DNA of 64,000 bases, from assembly GCA_036734945.1 (NCBI GenBank), contig DAIMXP010000002.1, positions 70,981 to 134,980 of the forward strand, given 5' to 3'. The first letter of the stretch is position 1, and the number at the start of each line of letters is the position of its first letter. The translations under genes and the position numbers were made by a program. Under the pieces are notes generated by a model, which was given only the letters and a program-made list of their open reading frames with translations, had not been told where the DNA came from and searched no databases. Shown piece by piece: positions 12,332 through 22,514 of the stretch. Source of the stretch: Chloroflexota bacterium (lineage in GTDB: Bacteria; Chloroflexota; UBA4733).

Positions 12332-14446
12332 TCACACTGTCGTCCAAACGTCCTCCGGCGCCCGGTTGAGTTGTTCCGCCAGCGTTGCCGGGTCGCCGGT
12401 GGGCGCCAGGCAGACGAAGTGTTCGCACACGTAGGCGGTGGCTGCGCCGTCGAGCATCGGCCGTCCTGCCAGCAACGGGATGCGGGCCGCAGCGCGCACG
12501 TCGTCTGGATCGGCCACTGCCAGGACGTGGTTGGGCAAGTAGTTGCCGTAAACCTGCTGGACGAGCGCCTCCGTCGCGGCGGAAGCGAGCGGGCCGACGA
12601 TAGCTACCTCTTTCGGTGTGCCCAGGGAGAAGTCAAAGGCACAGAGCAGGCGACCGAAGGCGCTGGGATATTGCTGGGCGACGTCGGCCATAGCGTTCAG
12701 CCACAGGACAGCGCGCTCCTCAAGGTCCGGTTGTTGGGTCAGCGTTGCCATGCGGAGCAAGACGTCGCAGGCGACCGAGTTGCCGGAGGAAATGGCGTTG
12801 TCCATCACGTCCTTCGGGCGCCGGATGAGTTCCTCGTGGTCGTCGCTGGTGTCGAAGAAGCCGGCGCCGTCGGCGTCGTGGAAGTGCGTCACCAGCTCGC
12901 CGATTAGCGCCTGGGCTGCTTCGAACCAGCGGAGATCAAAGGTGGTTTCATAGAGCGCCAGCAGCCCATCGGCGTAGTTGGCATAGTCTTCCAGGTAGCC
13001 GTTGATGTGTACCTGACCGTTGTTGTAGGCATGCAGCAGCCGGCCGCGTACCAGCATATGGTCCAGCACGAACTCGGCGTTGCGGATGGCGGTTTGCTGG
13101 TAGTCGGGACGGCCTAACACTGCGGCGGCTTCGGCGAAGGCGCGTAGCGTCATGCCGTTCCAGGAGACCAGCACCTTGGTGTCGAGGCCGGGCGGTACGC
13201 GCTTTTCCCGAGTGGATAGCAGCAAAGGCCGGGCACGCTCGACCGCCGCCAGTACATCCGTCTCCGGCAGGCGCGCCATTGCCGCCACCACATCGAGGTC
13301 GCGCGGGCAGTGCAGTATGTTGGATCCCTCGAAGTTACCGCCGGTGGTTACGTCGTAGTACGGCGCCAGGATGCGCGCATCGGCTGGGGTGAGCACGGCC
13401 TGCAACTCATCCAGGGACCAGACGTAGAATTTCCCTTCTTCGCCTTCGCTGTCGGCGTCTTCGGCGGAGTAAAAGCCGCCTTCCGGCGATGTCATGCGGA
13501 GCTGGACGTAGTCCAGTGTCTCCTCGGCGATGCGGCGGTAGAGAGGGTTTTGTGTCGCCTGCCAGGCGTTGAGATAGAGGCGCGCCAGTTGGGCGTTGTC
13601 GTAGAGCATCTTCTCGAAGTGCGGCGCCAGCCACTTGGCGTCGGTGGAGTAACGGTGAAAGCCGCCGCCCAACTGGTCGTAGATGCCGCCGCGCGCCATG
13701 CGCTCCAGCGTCTTTTCGACCATAGCCAGCGCTTTGGCGTCATCCTTGCGCTTCCAGGTGCGCAGCAGGAAATCCAGGTTCATCGGCTGGGGGAACTTCG
13801 GGGCCTGGCCGAAGCCACCGTTGGCAGCGTCGTAGCCTTCGGCCATCCCCACGGCGCAGCGATCCAGGAAGCCGCTATCCAGTTGCCGCTCTGTCGCTTG
13901 CCCGGCCAGCCGCCGGCCCAACTGGCCGCGTATCTGCTCGGCGCTCTGCACGATCTCGTCGCGGCGGCTGGTCCAGGCGTCGTGGACGCTCTCCAGTACC
14001 CGCCGGAAGCTGGGTATGCCACGGCCTTCGTTCGGCGGGAAGTAGGTGCCGCCGAAGAAAGGGACACCCTCCGGCGTGAGGAAGGCGGAGAGCGGCCAGC
14101 CGCCTCGACCCGTCAGCGCCTGCACCGCCTCCATGTAGATACTGTCGAGGTCCGGCCGTTCTTCGCGATCCACCTTGATGTTGACGAACTGACGATTCAT
14201 GATCTCGGCGGTATCGACGTCTTCGAACGACTCCCGTTCCATGACGTGGCACCAGTGGCAGGCGGAATAGCCGATCGACAGAAAAATAGGGCGATCTTCT
14301 TTCCGCGCCAGTTCCAGGGCCTCGCTGCCCCATGGATACCAATCTACCGGGTTATGGGCATGCTGGAGCAAGTAAGGGCTGGTCTGCCCTGCCAGCCGGT
14401 TGGTATGCACGGGCGTACCCCCGTTGGTCTCCTGCGTTTCCGTCAT
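12332..14446 (-). CDS. thioredoxin-domain protein of the YyaL/SSP411 (DUF255) type
   Basis: [46 protein letters not shown], followed by a six-hairpin glycosidase-like C-terminal region. I chose the start MTETQE at 14446. Confidence 0.9.
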   Translation of the reverse strand: MTETQETNGGTPVHTNRLAGQTSPYLLQHAHNPVDWYPWGSEALELARKEDRPIFLSIGYSACHWCHVMERESFEDVDTAEIMNRQFVNIKVDREERPDLDSIYMEAVQALTGRGGWPLSAFLTPEGVPFFGGTYFPPNEGRGIPSFRRVLESVHDAWTSRRDEIVQSAEQIRGQLGRRLAGQATERQLDSGFLDRCAVGMAEGYDAANGGFGQAPKFPQPMNLDFLLRTWKRKDDAKALAMVEKTLERMARGGIYDQLGGGFHRYSTDAKWLAPHFEKMLYDNAQLARLYLNAWQATQNPLYRRIAEETLDYVQLRMTSPEGGFYSAEDADSEGEEGKFYVWSLDELQAVLTPADARILAPYYDVTTGGNFEGSNILHCPRDLDVVAAMARLPETDVLAAVERARPLLLSTREKRVPPGLDTKVLVSWNGMTLRAFAEAAAVLGRPDYQQTAIRNAEFVLDHMLVRGRLLHAYNNGQVHINGYLEDYANYADGLLALYETTFDLRWFEAAQALIGELVTHFHDADGAGFFDTSDDHEELIRRPKDVMDNAISSGNSVACDVLLRMATLTQQPDLEERAVLWLNAMADVAQQYPSAFGRLLCAFDFSLGTPKEVAIVGPLASAATEALVQQVYGNYLPNHVLAVADPDDVRAAARIPLLAGRPMLDGAATAYVCEHFVCLAPTGDPATLAEQLNRAPEDVWTTV

Positions 14447-14641
14447 CACTGCTTCTCCATCCGTCCTGGCAACCAGAGGCATGATAACCGTGAGAGGCAG
14501 TGGCGCTGCCGTGACCGCGGGCGGCATCGCTTACTGTCGACCGCTCGCCTCACGCCTGCCCGGTATGCTGGTGCAGGAACCTGCGTGTTTGCCGTTGACC
14601 CATTCGGGACGGTCGCGGTGACAACTGGGAAGGAGCCACAC

Positions 14642-15229
14642 GTGGCGATCGCGGAACACAGTGCGCCGGTACTTACGCGCCGTCGCTTTAACGTGACGGA
14701 GTATTACCGGATGACGGAGGTCGGCATCCTGCGGGAGGATGACCACGTCGAATTGATAGCAGGAGAGATCATCCAAATGAGCCCTATCGGCGCGAGCCAT
14801 GGGGAGTGTACCAGCGCGTTGGAGGAACTTTTGGGGCCACAGGTCCGCGGGCAAGCCCGTCTCCGGGGACAGACCTCGATGCGTCTCGACGATGCGAGTG
14901 AGCCGCAGCCCGATCTGGCATTGGTTCGCTACCGCCGCTATCGGCAGACGCTCCCAACTGCCGCCGATGTCTTTTTCCTGGTCGAGGTCGCGGACTCCTC
15001 GTTGGACTATGATCTCGGCGTCAAACTGCCATTGTACGCTGCGGCGGGGATCGGAGAGGTTTTCGTCGTGGACACGATCCACGATGTGGTCGAGCGGCAT
15101 ACCGAGCCACGCGATGGGCACTATCGGTGCGTTCTTCGCGCCGGACGCGGCGAGTCGCTGACTTCCACCGTGCTGCCGGCGGTTACGTTGCCTTTGGATG
15201 TAGTCCTTGGCTATGAACTGCCAGAATGA
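14642..15229 (+). CDS. Uma2-family (DUF820) endonuclease-like protein
   Basis: C-terminal 195 aa of ORF 13310..15229: FNVTEYYRMTEVGIL...VELIAGEII.MSP...PDLALV...FLVEVADSSLDYD...KLPLYAAAGIGEVFVVD. GTG start at 14642. The upstream part of the ORF is antisense to the YyaL-type gene. Confidence 0.8.
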   Translation: MAIAEHSAPVLTRRRFNVTEYYRMTEVGILREDDHVELIAGEIIQMSPIGASHGECTSALEELLGPQVRGQARLRGQTSMRLDDASEPQPDLALVRYRRYRQTLPTAADVFFLVEVADSSLDYDLGVKLPLYAAAGIGEVFVVDTIHDVVERHTEPRDGHYRCVLRAGRGESLTSTVLPAVTLPLDVVLGYELPE

Positions 15230-15873
15230 TCTCCCGGTGGCTCTTTCTGCTTTCGAGGAAGCCATTGGTCCACGCGCTCGTTCGCTGGGGCTTTGGGCAT
15301 CTGTCAGCAGTCTTGCCGGTCCATCGGATCGCCACGACGGAGCGGGTGATCGCGTTCTATCATCCGCGGCCGGCCTGGTCTCCTCATATCCTGCTGGTGC
15401 CGAAGCTTGGCATCCCAAGCTTCGTCGCCTTACGCCCGCCGGACACCGCGGTCATTGTCGACATCGTGCGGCTCGCGACTGAGATTGTGGCGACATACGC
15501 GCCCACAACCGCGCCCGCCGTGCTCCTGGTCAATGGTGGAGCTTATCAGGACGTCGGCCAGTTGCACTTTCACCTTACCTGGGGGATGGACTGGTCGAGC
15601 TATACCTGTCCAGGCGAGATCACTGACGATCCGATCTTCCAGACTGAACAGGTGACTGTGTACCAGCACCCGCAACCGGTGCGGGCGATCCATCTTGTGC
15701 TTCATCCCAGCACAGAAAACGTTGACCTGAACGTGCTGATCGTGGCGGCGCAACAGGTAGTCCATGCCCTGAATTTGCTGCCCACGGGCTTCAGCGTGGT
15801 CCTGAGCGACAGCCGGACGGGGCCTACGAACACCTGGGAATGCTTCCATCTCGTCTCAGGCGCATTCCTGTAA
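15226..15873 (+). CDS. HIT-family-like protein
   Basis: ERVIAFYHPRPAWSPHILLVPK ... LLVNGGAYQDVGQLHFHL resembles the histidine-triad fold and motif. The start overlaps the Uma2 stop (ATGA). Confidence 0.55.
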   Translation: MISRWLFLLSRKPLVHALVRWGFGHLSAVLPVHRIATTERVIAFYHPRPAWSPHILLVPKLGIPSFVALRPPDTAVIVDIVRLATEIVATYAPTTAPAVLLVNGGAYQDVGQLHFHLTWGMDWSSYTCPGEITDDPIFQTEQVTVYQHPQPVRAIHLVLHPSTENVDLNVLIVAAQQVVHALNLLPTGFSVVLSDSRTGPTNTWECFHLVSGAFL

Positions 15874-16059
15874 GGCAGTGCGGACGTACTGTGCGCGTGA
15901 AGCCCTCCCGTTGCTGGTGTCCATTGCCCTTGTTCTCTCGCTGTTCGGGACCTCCGGTACTCGACGAGATTCTTCCTGTTCTCGACTCCCCGCAATGTCA
16001 AGGGTACACTTGCTATATCCGAATTTCAGAATATCGGATGCGGGGAAAGGCACGGCATC

Positions 16060-16368
16060 GTGACAGAGCAATTGCGGATAGGCAAGCGAGGGGCAGTGGT
16101 CATCCCGGTACAACTGCGGCGGCAGTACCACATGGAGGAAGGTAGTCGATTGGCAGTGGAGGAGCGAGACGGTGGCCTCTTGCTGACGACGTTGCCGGTC
16201 AGTCCCAGTGAAGAAGAACGGCGTCGTTTCTTCGCTGAGTTGACTGACCAGGTGGCTGCGACCCGAGCCAATCCGGGAGCCTGGGAGGAAGAAATGGCGG
16301 AGCGGGCAGTACTAGAGGGCACGCTACTGGATGGTCTGTCTGGCCCGGAAGACGCCGCCGGTGCCTGA
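16060..16368 (+). CDS. mazE: AbrB/MazE/SpoVT-type antitoxin
   Basis: LRIGKRGAVVIPVQLRRQYHMEEGSRLAVEERDGGLLL (swapped-hairpin barrel pattern), directly upstream of a MazF-like gene. Confidence 0.8.
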   Translation: MTEQLRIGKRGAVVIPVQLRRQYHMEEGSRLAVEERDGGLLLTTLPVSPSEEERRRFFAELTDQVAATRANPGAWEEEMAERAVLEGTLLDGLSGPEDAAGA

Positions 16369-16714
16369 CTCGCGACCGACCTACGTACGGGGCGACCTTT
16401 GGTGGGCCAACCTGAACCCCGTGCGAGGGCATGAGCAGGCTGGACGGCGGCCGGTGCTGGTCGTTTCCGATGATCGGTTCAACCAAAGCCCATTGGACAT
16501 GGTCTTTGTCGTTCCGCTGACACGTACAATTCGGCGTTGGCCGACTCGAATCAGACTTGATCCATCCGCTGGTGGAGTCCCGTTCGCCAGCGACCTCATG
16601 TGCGATCAATTGCGTGCTGTTTCTTTGGAGCGGCTGGAACGTCGGATAGGCGCCGTAGATCGCGAACTCCTGGAGCGCGTAGAGAATGTCCTTCGTCTGG
16701 TACTTGTACTCTGA
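16361..16714 (+). CDS. mazF: MazF/PemK-type endoribonuclease toxin
   Basis: RGDLWWANLNPVRGHEQAGRRPVLVVSDDRFN...VVPLT...DQLRAVSLERL. GTG at 16361 overlaps the mazE stop. An alternative ATG lies at 16331. Confidence 0.85.
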   Translation: MPDSRPTYVRGDLWWANLNPVRGHEQAGRRPVLVVSDDRFNQSPLDMVFVVPLTRTIRRWPTRIRLDPSAGGVPFASDLMCDQLRAVSLERLERRIGAVDRELLERVENVLRLVLVL

Positions 16715-16756
16715 GTCATACCAGGAGTGCTGGGGATTGGCACCTGCGTTGTAGGT

Positions 16757-17464
16757 CTACTTCCGTCGATAGTCCACGAATCGATAGCCCAGGCCGCGCT
16801 CTGTCAGGATGTAGCGGGGATGCGGCGGCTCCGGCTCAATCTTCTTGCGCAAGTAGGTGACGTAGAGGCGCACGTAGTTGTCTTCGTCGCGGTACTCCGG
16901 TCCCCAGACTTTGCCCAGCAACTGCTCGTAGGTCTGCACCCTGCCGGGGTTGGAAGCAAGTTGATAGAGAAGGCGATACTCCGTGGGACGCAGTTGCACC
17001 TTCTCGCCGCCGGCAAAGATGTCGTGCCGCACGAAGTCAAGGGTGAGGTAGTCGTCGACGACGATGGCGGCCTCCTCGTCGGTTGTCGCCGCACCGGTGC
17101 GCCGCAGGACGGCCTGGATGCGCGAAGCGAGCTCCGCCTGACCAAAAGGCTTGCGCACGTAGTCGTCGGCCCCCAGGCGCAGCCCCTTGACAACGTCGCT
17201 TTCATCCCCCTTTGCTGTCAGCATCAGTACCGGTGCTGAGGAGAAGGTCCGCAAGCGGCGTAGCGTCTCGAAGCCGTCCATGCCCGGCAGCATGACATCC
17301 AGTAGGATGGCGTCAGGCTGTTCCTGGCGGACCTTTTCCAGCCCCTCTTCACCACTGGCTACGGTGACGACGCGGTAGCCCTCCATCTCCAGATAGAGGC
17401 GCACGGCGTTGCGGAGGCCCGCTTCGTCTTCGACCATCAGCAGCGTGCGCGGCTCACCGGCCAT
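16757..17464 (-). CDS. OmpR-family response regulator
   Basis: Receiver domain (LLMVEDE...ILLDVMLPGMDG...LTAKG...DDYVRKPF) plus a winged-helix output domain (LRPTEYRLLYQL...YLRKKIE...ILTERGLGYRF). Confidence 0.92.
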   Translation of the reverse strand: MAGEPRTLLMVEDEAGLRNAVRLYLEMEGYRVVTVASGEEGLEKVRQEQPDAILLDVMLPGMDGFETLRRLRTFSSAPVLMLTAKGDESDVVKGLRLGADDYVRKPFGQAELASRIQAVLRRTGAATTDEEAAIVVDDYLTLDFVRHDIFAGGEKVQLRPTEYRLLYQLASNPGRVQTYEQLLGKVWGPEYRDEDNYVRLYVTYLRKKIEPEPPHPRYILTERGLGYRFVDYRRK

Positions 17465-19068
17465 TACCTATCCCCCATCCGAGCGGGCATGTCGCCGTGG
17501 CCGGCAGGCAGCGCCGGTCCGATGCCGCGCGGCAGGCTGAAGGTGAAACGCGCCCCCTGGCCCCATTCGCTGTCTACCCGGATCTGGCCGCCGTGCGCTT
17601 CGACGATGGCTTTGACCAGGAAGAGGCCCAGCCCCACTCCGGTGGTCTGGCGGTTCGGGTCACCCTGCACTCGGTAGAAGCGCTGGAAGAGTCGACTCTG
17701 CTCGCTGAGCTTGATGCCCGGCCCTTGATCGCTCACTGACACCTCGACACTACTCGCCGTCACGCGCCCTTCTAATCGGATCGTACCGCCCTTAGGGGAA
17801 TATTTTATGGCATTGTCGACAAGGTTGGTCAGCACCTCCTCGATCCGCTCTGGATCGGCCTGAATCGTCGGGAACGTTCGTGGAAAGTCGACAACGAAGC
17901 GGTGGCGTTCGCTGCGCGCTTCCAGGCGCTTGACGACGCGATGCGCCAACTCCGGGAGCTCGACTTCAACCAGACGGACGGGCAGTGAGTCCGCCTCCAG
18001 GCGTGACACGCGCAATAGGTTGTTGATGAGGCGGGAGAGGCGGTCGGTTTCGGCGTCGATGGCCTCCAGGGCTTCCTGGAGCAGCGGATCACTCTCGCCG
18101 AACTTGCGCTGCAGCGTTTCGGCGTAGGCCTTGATGATCGCCACCGGCGTTTGCAGTTCGTGGGAGGTCATGGAGAGGAAGGTCGAGCGCAGCTCTTCCA
18201 GTTCGTGCAGCCGGGTCATGTTGCGCACGTAGAGGATGATCTGGCCGTCGGGCGCCCGCTCGTCGTCGGGTACGACAGCGACGAGCGCCACATGCTGCAG
18301 CGCGCCGTCTTTCGCCTGCAGGACGAGGTCCACCTCCCGGTTAGCCTCGGCGGTGGCGTCGATCTCTGCGAACAGGCGGACGCCGGCAGTGCCGCGCGCC
18401 GGACGCAGGGTGAGCGCCTCGTCCAGCCGCCGTCCGACCAGTTCGCGGCGGCGATAGCCGCTCATATGCTCCAGCGCGGCGTTGACCGACAGGATGTGCC
18501 GTTCGCGATCACAGACGATGATGCCGTCGGTACTCTGTTCGATCACGCGGCTCAGGTTTTCCTTTTCTCGCCGCAGCGAGGCGACCAGGCCGGCGTTGCG
18601 GACGGAGATGCCCGCCTGATCGGCAAAAGCTCCCAGCACGCGCTCTTCCGCTGCGGAAAAGGCGCTCGCCGAGCGCAGCACGCCAATGATACCGAACGTC
18701 TGCGCGTCAGCCGAGAGCGGCAGCAGGGCCAGGTGATGACGAAGCAGGCCGATGTCGGCGGTGATCTGGGTGGTGAACGGCCGGGGGATGGCGTGCTGCG
18801 AGCGCGCCACGCGCTCCAGGTCTGGCCGTGCCGTCGTCAGGCGCCGACTGATCTCTGCTGCCGCCTGGCCATGCAAGCCGATGGTCACTTCCTGCTCCGG
18901 CGCGGCGCCGCCCGTGCGCCAGAGCACCAACATGCCGGCGCCACCGTCGAGCGCGGCGATAGCCTGGCGCAGGATGCGCTTGAGGATGCCGCGCAGATCG
19001 GCGGCGCGCAAGCTGGAGAGTTCCGCCGGGTCGAGCGGCCCGGGACGCTCTGTGCCGAAGTCGGTCAC
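17464..19068 (-). CDS. sensor histidine kinase (GAF-PAS-HisKA-HATPase)
   Basis: H-box SHELQTPVAII, N-box LVDNAIKYSP, G-boxes DQGPGI and GVGLGL. GAF-like and PAS-like regions lie upstream. A 1-nt overlap links it to the regulator gene. Confidence 0.9.
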   Translation of the reverse strand: MTDFGTERPGPLDPAELSSLRAADLRGILKRILRQAIAALDGGAGMLVLWRTGGAAPEQEVTIGLHGQAAAEISRRLTTARPDLERVARSQHAIPRPFTTQITADIGLLRHHLALLPLSADAQTFGIIGVLRSASAFSAAEERVLGAFADQAGISVRNAGLVASLRREKENLSRVIEQSTDGIIVCDRERHILSVNAALEHMSGYRRRELVGRRLDEALTLRPARGTAGVRLFAEIDATAEANREVDLVLQAKDGALQHVALVAVVPDDERAPDGQIILYVRNMTRLHELEELRSTFLSMTSHELQTPVAIIKAYAETLQRKFGESDPLLQEALEAIDAETDRLSRLINNLLRVSRLEADSLPVRLVEVELPELAHRVVKRLEARSERHRFVVDFPRTFPTIQADPERIEEVLTNLVDNAIKYSPKGGTIRLEGRVTASSVEVSVSDQGPGIKLSEQSRLFQRFYRVQGDPNRQTTGVGLGLFLVKAIVEAHGGQIRVDSEWGQGARFTFSLPRGIGPALPAGHGDMPARMGDR

Positions 19069-19793
19069 CTGACCGCTCCTGCCAGTTGATCCAGGGAGAG
19101 CGTGCGCAGATCACCAATGTGCGCGACCGTGAGGTCTGCGGCGTACATCGGTACTGTCGGCTGCTGCGCATAGTGGCCTTGCGTCACCAGGATGGTGTGG
19201 AAGCGCTGTGGCTCGCGGCGTTGAATCGCCGCCAGGATGCCCGACTTGTCGTCGATCATCACATAGCGATCGGCGGGATAGGCGGCGTAGACGTTCGGCA
19301 ACTCCGTTTCCTTGTGGGTCGTGATGACGACGCGGCCTTCAACGGCAGCGGTGATACCGGCGCGCACGATCTTGGCAGGCTGAAAGACCGGGTCGCCATC
19401 GGAGACGATCACCGTGGTGCCCAACGTCGCCAGATGGGCCAGGGCTTCTAGCGCACCCGGATAGCGATACCGCTCAAAGGGGATACCGTTGACGAGCGCG
19501 CTGATGTGTTCTGCCACCGGCTCTGCCACCGCGTCGGCACAGAAGCGGCGCAGAACTTCCGGGAAGTCCACACGGTCGAGGTCGCGGCGCACGTCGTCGT
19601 AGATGGTCCAGAACTCCTGCTCGACCTCCGGTCCGACCTCGCGCTTGAGCGCGCGATCCAGGTCCGCCTTGACGGCATCATTGTCGATCAGCGTGTTGTC
19701 GACGTCCAGCAGGAATGCCCAACGCAGCGCTGCCAAGGTGTGGTTCCTCCAGTTGTGGCACGATTGGCGAACGTTGCTGCTAGGGTACCGCAT
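19065..19793 (-). CDS. HAD-superfamily hydrolase
   Basis: Motif I FLLDVDNTLIDND and a later SDGD. The true start may lie downstream of 19793. Confidence 0.7.
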   Translation of the reverse strand: MRYPSSNVRQSCHNWRNHTLAALRWAFLLDVDNTLIDNDAVKADLDRALKREVGPEVEQEFWTIYDDVRRDLDRVDFPEVLRRFCADAVAEPVAEHISALVNGIPFERYRYPGALEALAHLATLGTTVIVSDGDPVFQPAKIVRAGITAAVEGRVVITTHKETELPNVYAAYPADRYVMIDDKSGILAAIQRREPQRFHTILVTQGHYAQQPTVPMYAADLTVAHIGDLRTLSLDQLAGAVR

Positions 19794-19810
19794 CTGGCGA
19801 CTAGAGGGGC

Positions 19811-19927
19811 TGGCGACTGAAGTCGCGCCTACAACCGAGCAAATGGTCAGCCTGCGGCTGCCGGCACCTTTGCGGACTGATTAGTCCGCGCAGGCGGACT
19901 TTGCAAGGTAGGCGCGACTTCAACCGC
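19811..19927. repeat. REP/MITE-like element, family 1 (copy 2 of 4)
   Basis: Same termini as 1691..1796. The interior is almost identical to copy 3 (GAGCAAATGGTCAGCCTGCGGCTGCCGGCACCTTTGCGG.CTGATTAGTCCGCG). Confidence 0.8.
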
Positions 19928-20455
19928 ACCGGCGCCTTCCAGGCGGTGCAGCACCTGCTGGGGCTTGGCCATCGGGAGATTGCCTCCGTCGGGGGACCAA
20001 CACGCGACACTGTCGAGGTAAAACGCTTCGACGGCTTTTGTCAAGCGCTAGCCGCCAGTGGGCAATTACGCAACGATGCCTTGACGTTCTTCCCCGGCGT
20101 CGACTGCGCGAACGGCTATGCCGCGATGAGTCAGGTGCTGCAGTTGCCGCGACGCCCCACCGCCGCCTTCGTCGCCAGCGACATGGCCGCGATGGGCGCC
20201 CTGCAAGCGCTCGGCCAGCACGGACTGCGCGTGCCGCAAGACATGGCGCTGGTGGGCTTCGACGACACCCTCGGCGCTGTCGCCAGCCCGCCTTTGACCA
20301 CGGTCGCCCTGCCCATGTGGGAGATGGGGGCGGCAGCGGTGGACCTCATTGTCCGCCGCACCACGGCAGATGCCGCGTCGCCGGCGGAACGGATCGTGCT
20401 GAACACGCGGCTGGTGATCCGAGATTCCACAGGGTCTGTAGCAGGGGCGCGGTAG
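19901..20455 (+). pseudogene. LacI-family regulator, C-terminal ligand-binding part only (no HTH)
   Basis: GLGHREIASVGGP...AFVASDMAAMGALQALGQHGLRVPQDMALVGFDD is typical of the LacI/PBP1 core. The N-terminal ~110 aa, including the HTH, are missing. The ORF begins inside the repeat element at 19811..19927. Confidence 0.7.
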
Positions 20456-20496
20456 AGAGCGCCGCCCTGCTGGCGACACGCAGCGATTCCTTGCTC

Positions 20497-21066
20497 TCAC
20501 GGCAGGAGTTGGAACCGATAGGTGTCGAGGATATCGACCAGCAAAGGCAGATGCACCTGGTCAGCGAGCCCGCCTTGCACTTGAGCCTGCAAGACCCCTT
20601 GCGCCCGGTCAAAGAGCACGAGGCTGCCCCGTTGTGGGTCGTGCCGCGACGAGTAGTAGAGACCATCAGGCTGCTGCGGATGTCGCCAGAAAGCAAGCGC
20701 CCACCTTCCGCACAGCGCATAGTCGCGTCCGGCCCACAACCCCGCATCGGCGCCAACGTGCGCGAGTCCTGCCCCAGTCAGGTCGACGAGATCAAGCGGT
20801 CGCGACGTTTCCAGTCGCACGAGGCACATGTCCCCTATGGTTCGCCTATCCACGCGATTGTTTCCAGTGTCGCGTCCCAACGTCTCAATGAAAGCGCCAT
20901 GGGCATCAGCCGCAGCGTACAGGGCGCGATAGGCACCCTGGGGGCAGCCCGGCGCATCGAAGCGATTGTGTCCGGTGCAGCCGAAGTACACGGCGCCCGT
21001 TTGACAGGAGTGCAAGCGCCACCAGGTCTGCCCGAAGGCGGTCAACGGCAGAGATCGTTGCTGCAA
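20497..21066 (-). CDS. RES-domain toxin
   Basis: WWRLHS...GHNRFDAPG...YAAADAHGAFIETL...YYSSRHD is a RES-family pattern. It lies downstream of an Xre/DUF2384-type gene. Confidence 0.78.
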   Translation of the reverse strand: MQQRSLPLTAFGQTWWRLHSCQTGAVYFGCTGHNRFDAPGCPQGAYRALYAAADAHGAFIETLGRDTGNNRVDRRTIGDMCLVRLETSRPLDLVDLTGAGLAHVGADAGLWAGRDYALCGRWALAFWRHPQQPDGLYYSSRHDPQRGSLVLFDRAQGVLQAQVQGGLADQVHLPLLVDILDTYRFQLLP

Positions 21067-21110
21067 GTCAGCGGGAGGCTCAGGATGAGGCGCCGGCGCC
21101 GAGCTGGCGA

Positions 21111-21758
21111 TTACCCTGCTCCATGCTCGCCAAAGGCTCGCGCCGCGCGTCGCACGTCCTGTATCCGGCCATCACGCAACGCATGGAGCGGAGTCACACC
21201 TTCCAATCGGCGGTCACCCGTAGTCATGAAGTGTGCTTGCATCCAGGGGCTAAAATGCTTCAGGTCGCCCAGTACATCCTCAAGACCCGTGAGGGCGCCA
21301 CTTTCGGCGAATTGCCAGACGGGATAGGCATAGCCACGCCGCCCCAGACTGAGCCCGATCAACCGATTGCCACGCCGTCGGTTGTCGACCGACTGGCGCG
21401 TCACGTGCAGGAGGCGCGCAGCCTCACTGGCGGTAATCGTCCCGCCCTCGGCTTGTAGCAACTCCTCCCGTCCCTGCAGACCACGCAGCAGGGCGGGCGC
21501 CAGGGGACTCTCTACGCGCAGCGCGGCCAGAACTTCGGGCTGCTCCAACAGACGGAGGAGCACGCCGTAGCTGGATGCTTCGCCAGCAGCGTCTCCCGCG
21601 GCGCGCGTATCCATGCGCGGCACAGCGTCCGCGACAGCGTTGAGCGCTCGTGTCACGAGTGCTTGCTGGGCTGTATTCTTGCTGGCGCGCAAGACGCGCG
21701 CGATCGCCTGCGCCGTGCTTTGCGGTGCTTGCGCCAGTAAATCCGCTGCAGCGCTCAC
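21111..21758 (-). CDS. Xre/MbcA/ParS-like antitoxin (DUF2384 C-terminal domain)
   Basis: HTH-like ITASEAARLLHVTRQSVDNRR and C-terminal WMQAHFMTTGDRRLEGVTPLHALRDGRIQDV. Forms an operon with the RES gene. Confidence 0.7.
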   Translation of the reverse strand: MSAAADLLAQAPQSTAQAIARVLRASKNTAQQALVTRALNAVADAVPRMDTRAAGDAAGEASSYGVLLRLLEQPEVLAALRVESPLAPALLRGLQGREELLQAEGGTITASEAARLLHVTRQSVDNRRRGNRLIGLSLGRRGYAYPVWQFAESGALTGLEDVLGDLKHFSPWMQAHFMTTGDRRLEGVTPLHALRDGRIQDVRRAARAFGEHGAG

Positions 21759-21889
21759 TGTTCTCGCCCCTCTTTACGAGGTATATCATACCGGAGAAGG
21801 ATATAGCTCGTCAAAAGGAGGACAGGCAGGCAACGAGGAGAGCGAGACTGCCTGCCACCGTCCCTGCCGTGCCACGCACGGTGGTTTCT

Positions 21890-22188
21890 CGCTGATGTCC
21901 GTTCGCGGGGCACTGCCCACCCACGCTGATCCCAGCCCGACCAAAGACCTCTTCCGCGACCAGGGATATTTTGCTCAGCCCCGCCCGCGCGACATGCTGT
22001 TCGACCTGACCGTCGATCCGCTGGAACAGCACAACCTCGCCGACGACCCGGCGCACCAGGCGATACGGACAAAGTTGGACGAGGAGCTGGAGCGCTGGCG
22101 GTGCGCGACTGACGACCCGCTGCTCCAGGGCGAGATCCCGGCGCCGCCGGGAGCACGGCTCACCGCCCTGGATACCTACGGGCGGTGA
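21890..22188 (+). pseudogene. sulfatase C-terminal fragment
   Basis: RDMLFDLTVDPLEQHNLADDPAHQAIRTKLDEELERW is a typical sulfatase C-terminus. No catalytic N-terminal domain lies upstream. Confidence 0.6.
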
Positions 22189-22514
22189 TGAGGCGGCGCG
22201 CGCTGGCGTTCGCTCCGCACCATCGCCGGCACTGCGACGGTAGCGAGCACGCCGCTTTCCCGCCCAGCTCACGGCGTCGTAGGCTATGTCTGGCTTGGCA
22301 CACTGGTCGTGCCTTGGGGGTACGAGTACGGGAGCGCATACACTGTCACCACTTTGTCTCACCGGCGTCCGCCTGGACGGCGCGACGCTGTTCCTGGACG
22401 CGAAAGCGGTGAAAGATGGGGCACCGTGCTCCGCCCCGCCGCCAACCACCGCGTTGACCTCTCGATGCTTGAGAGTGGTGCCGCTGGCGCCGCCAGCGAG
22501 ATGCCACCCTGGTC

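Noticed and set aside
13310-15229. 639-aa plus-strand ORF
   Set aside because: The first ~440 codons are antisense to the YyaL-type gene and have shadow-ORF composition. Only the C-terminal 195 aa (the Uma2 family protein, from GTG 14642) are credible.
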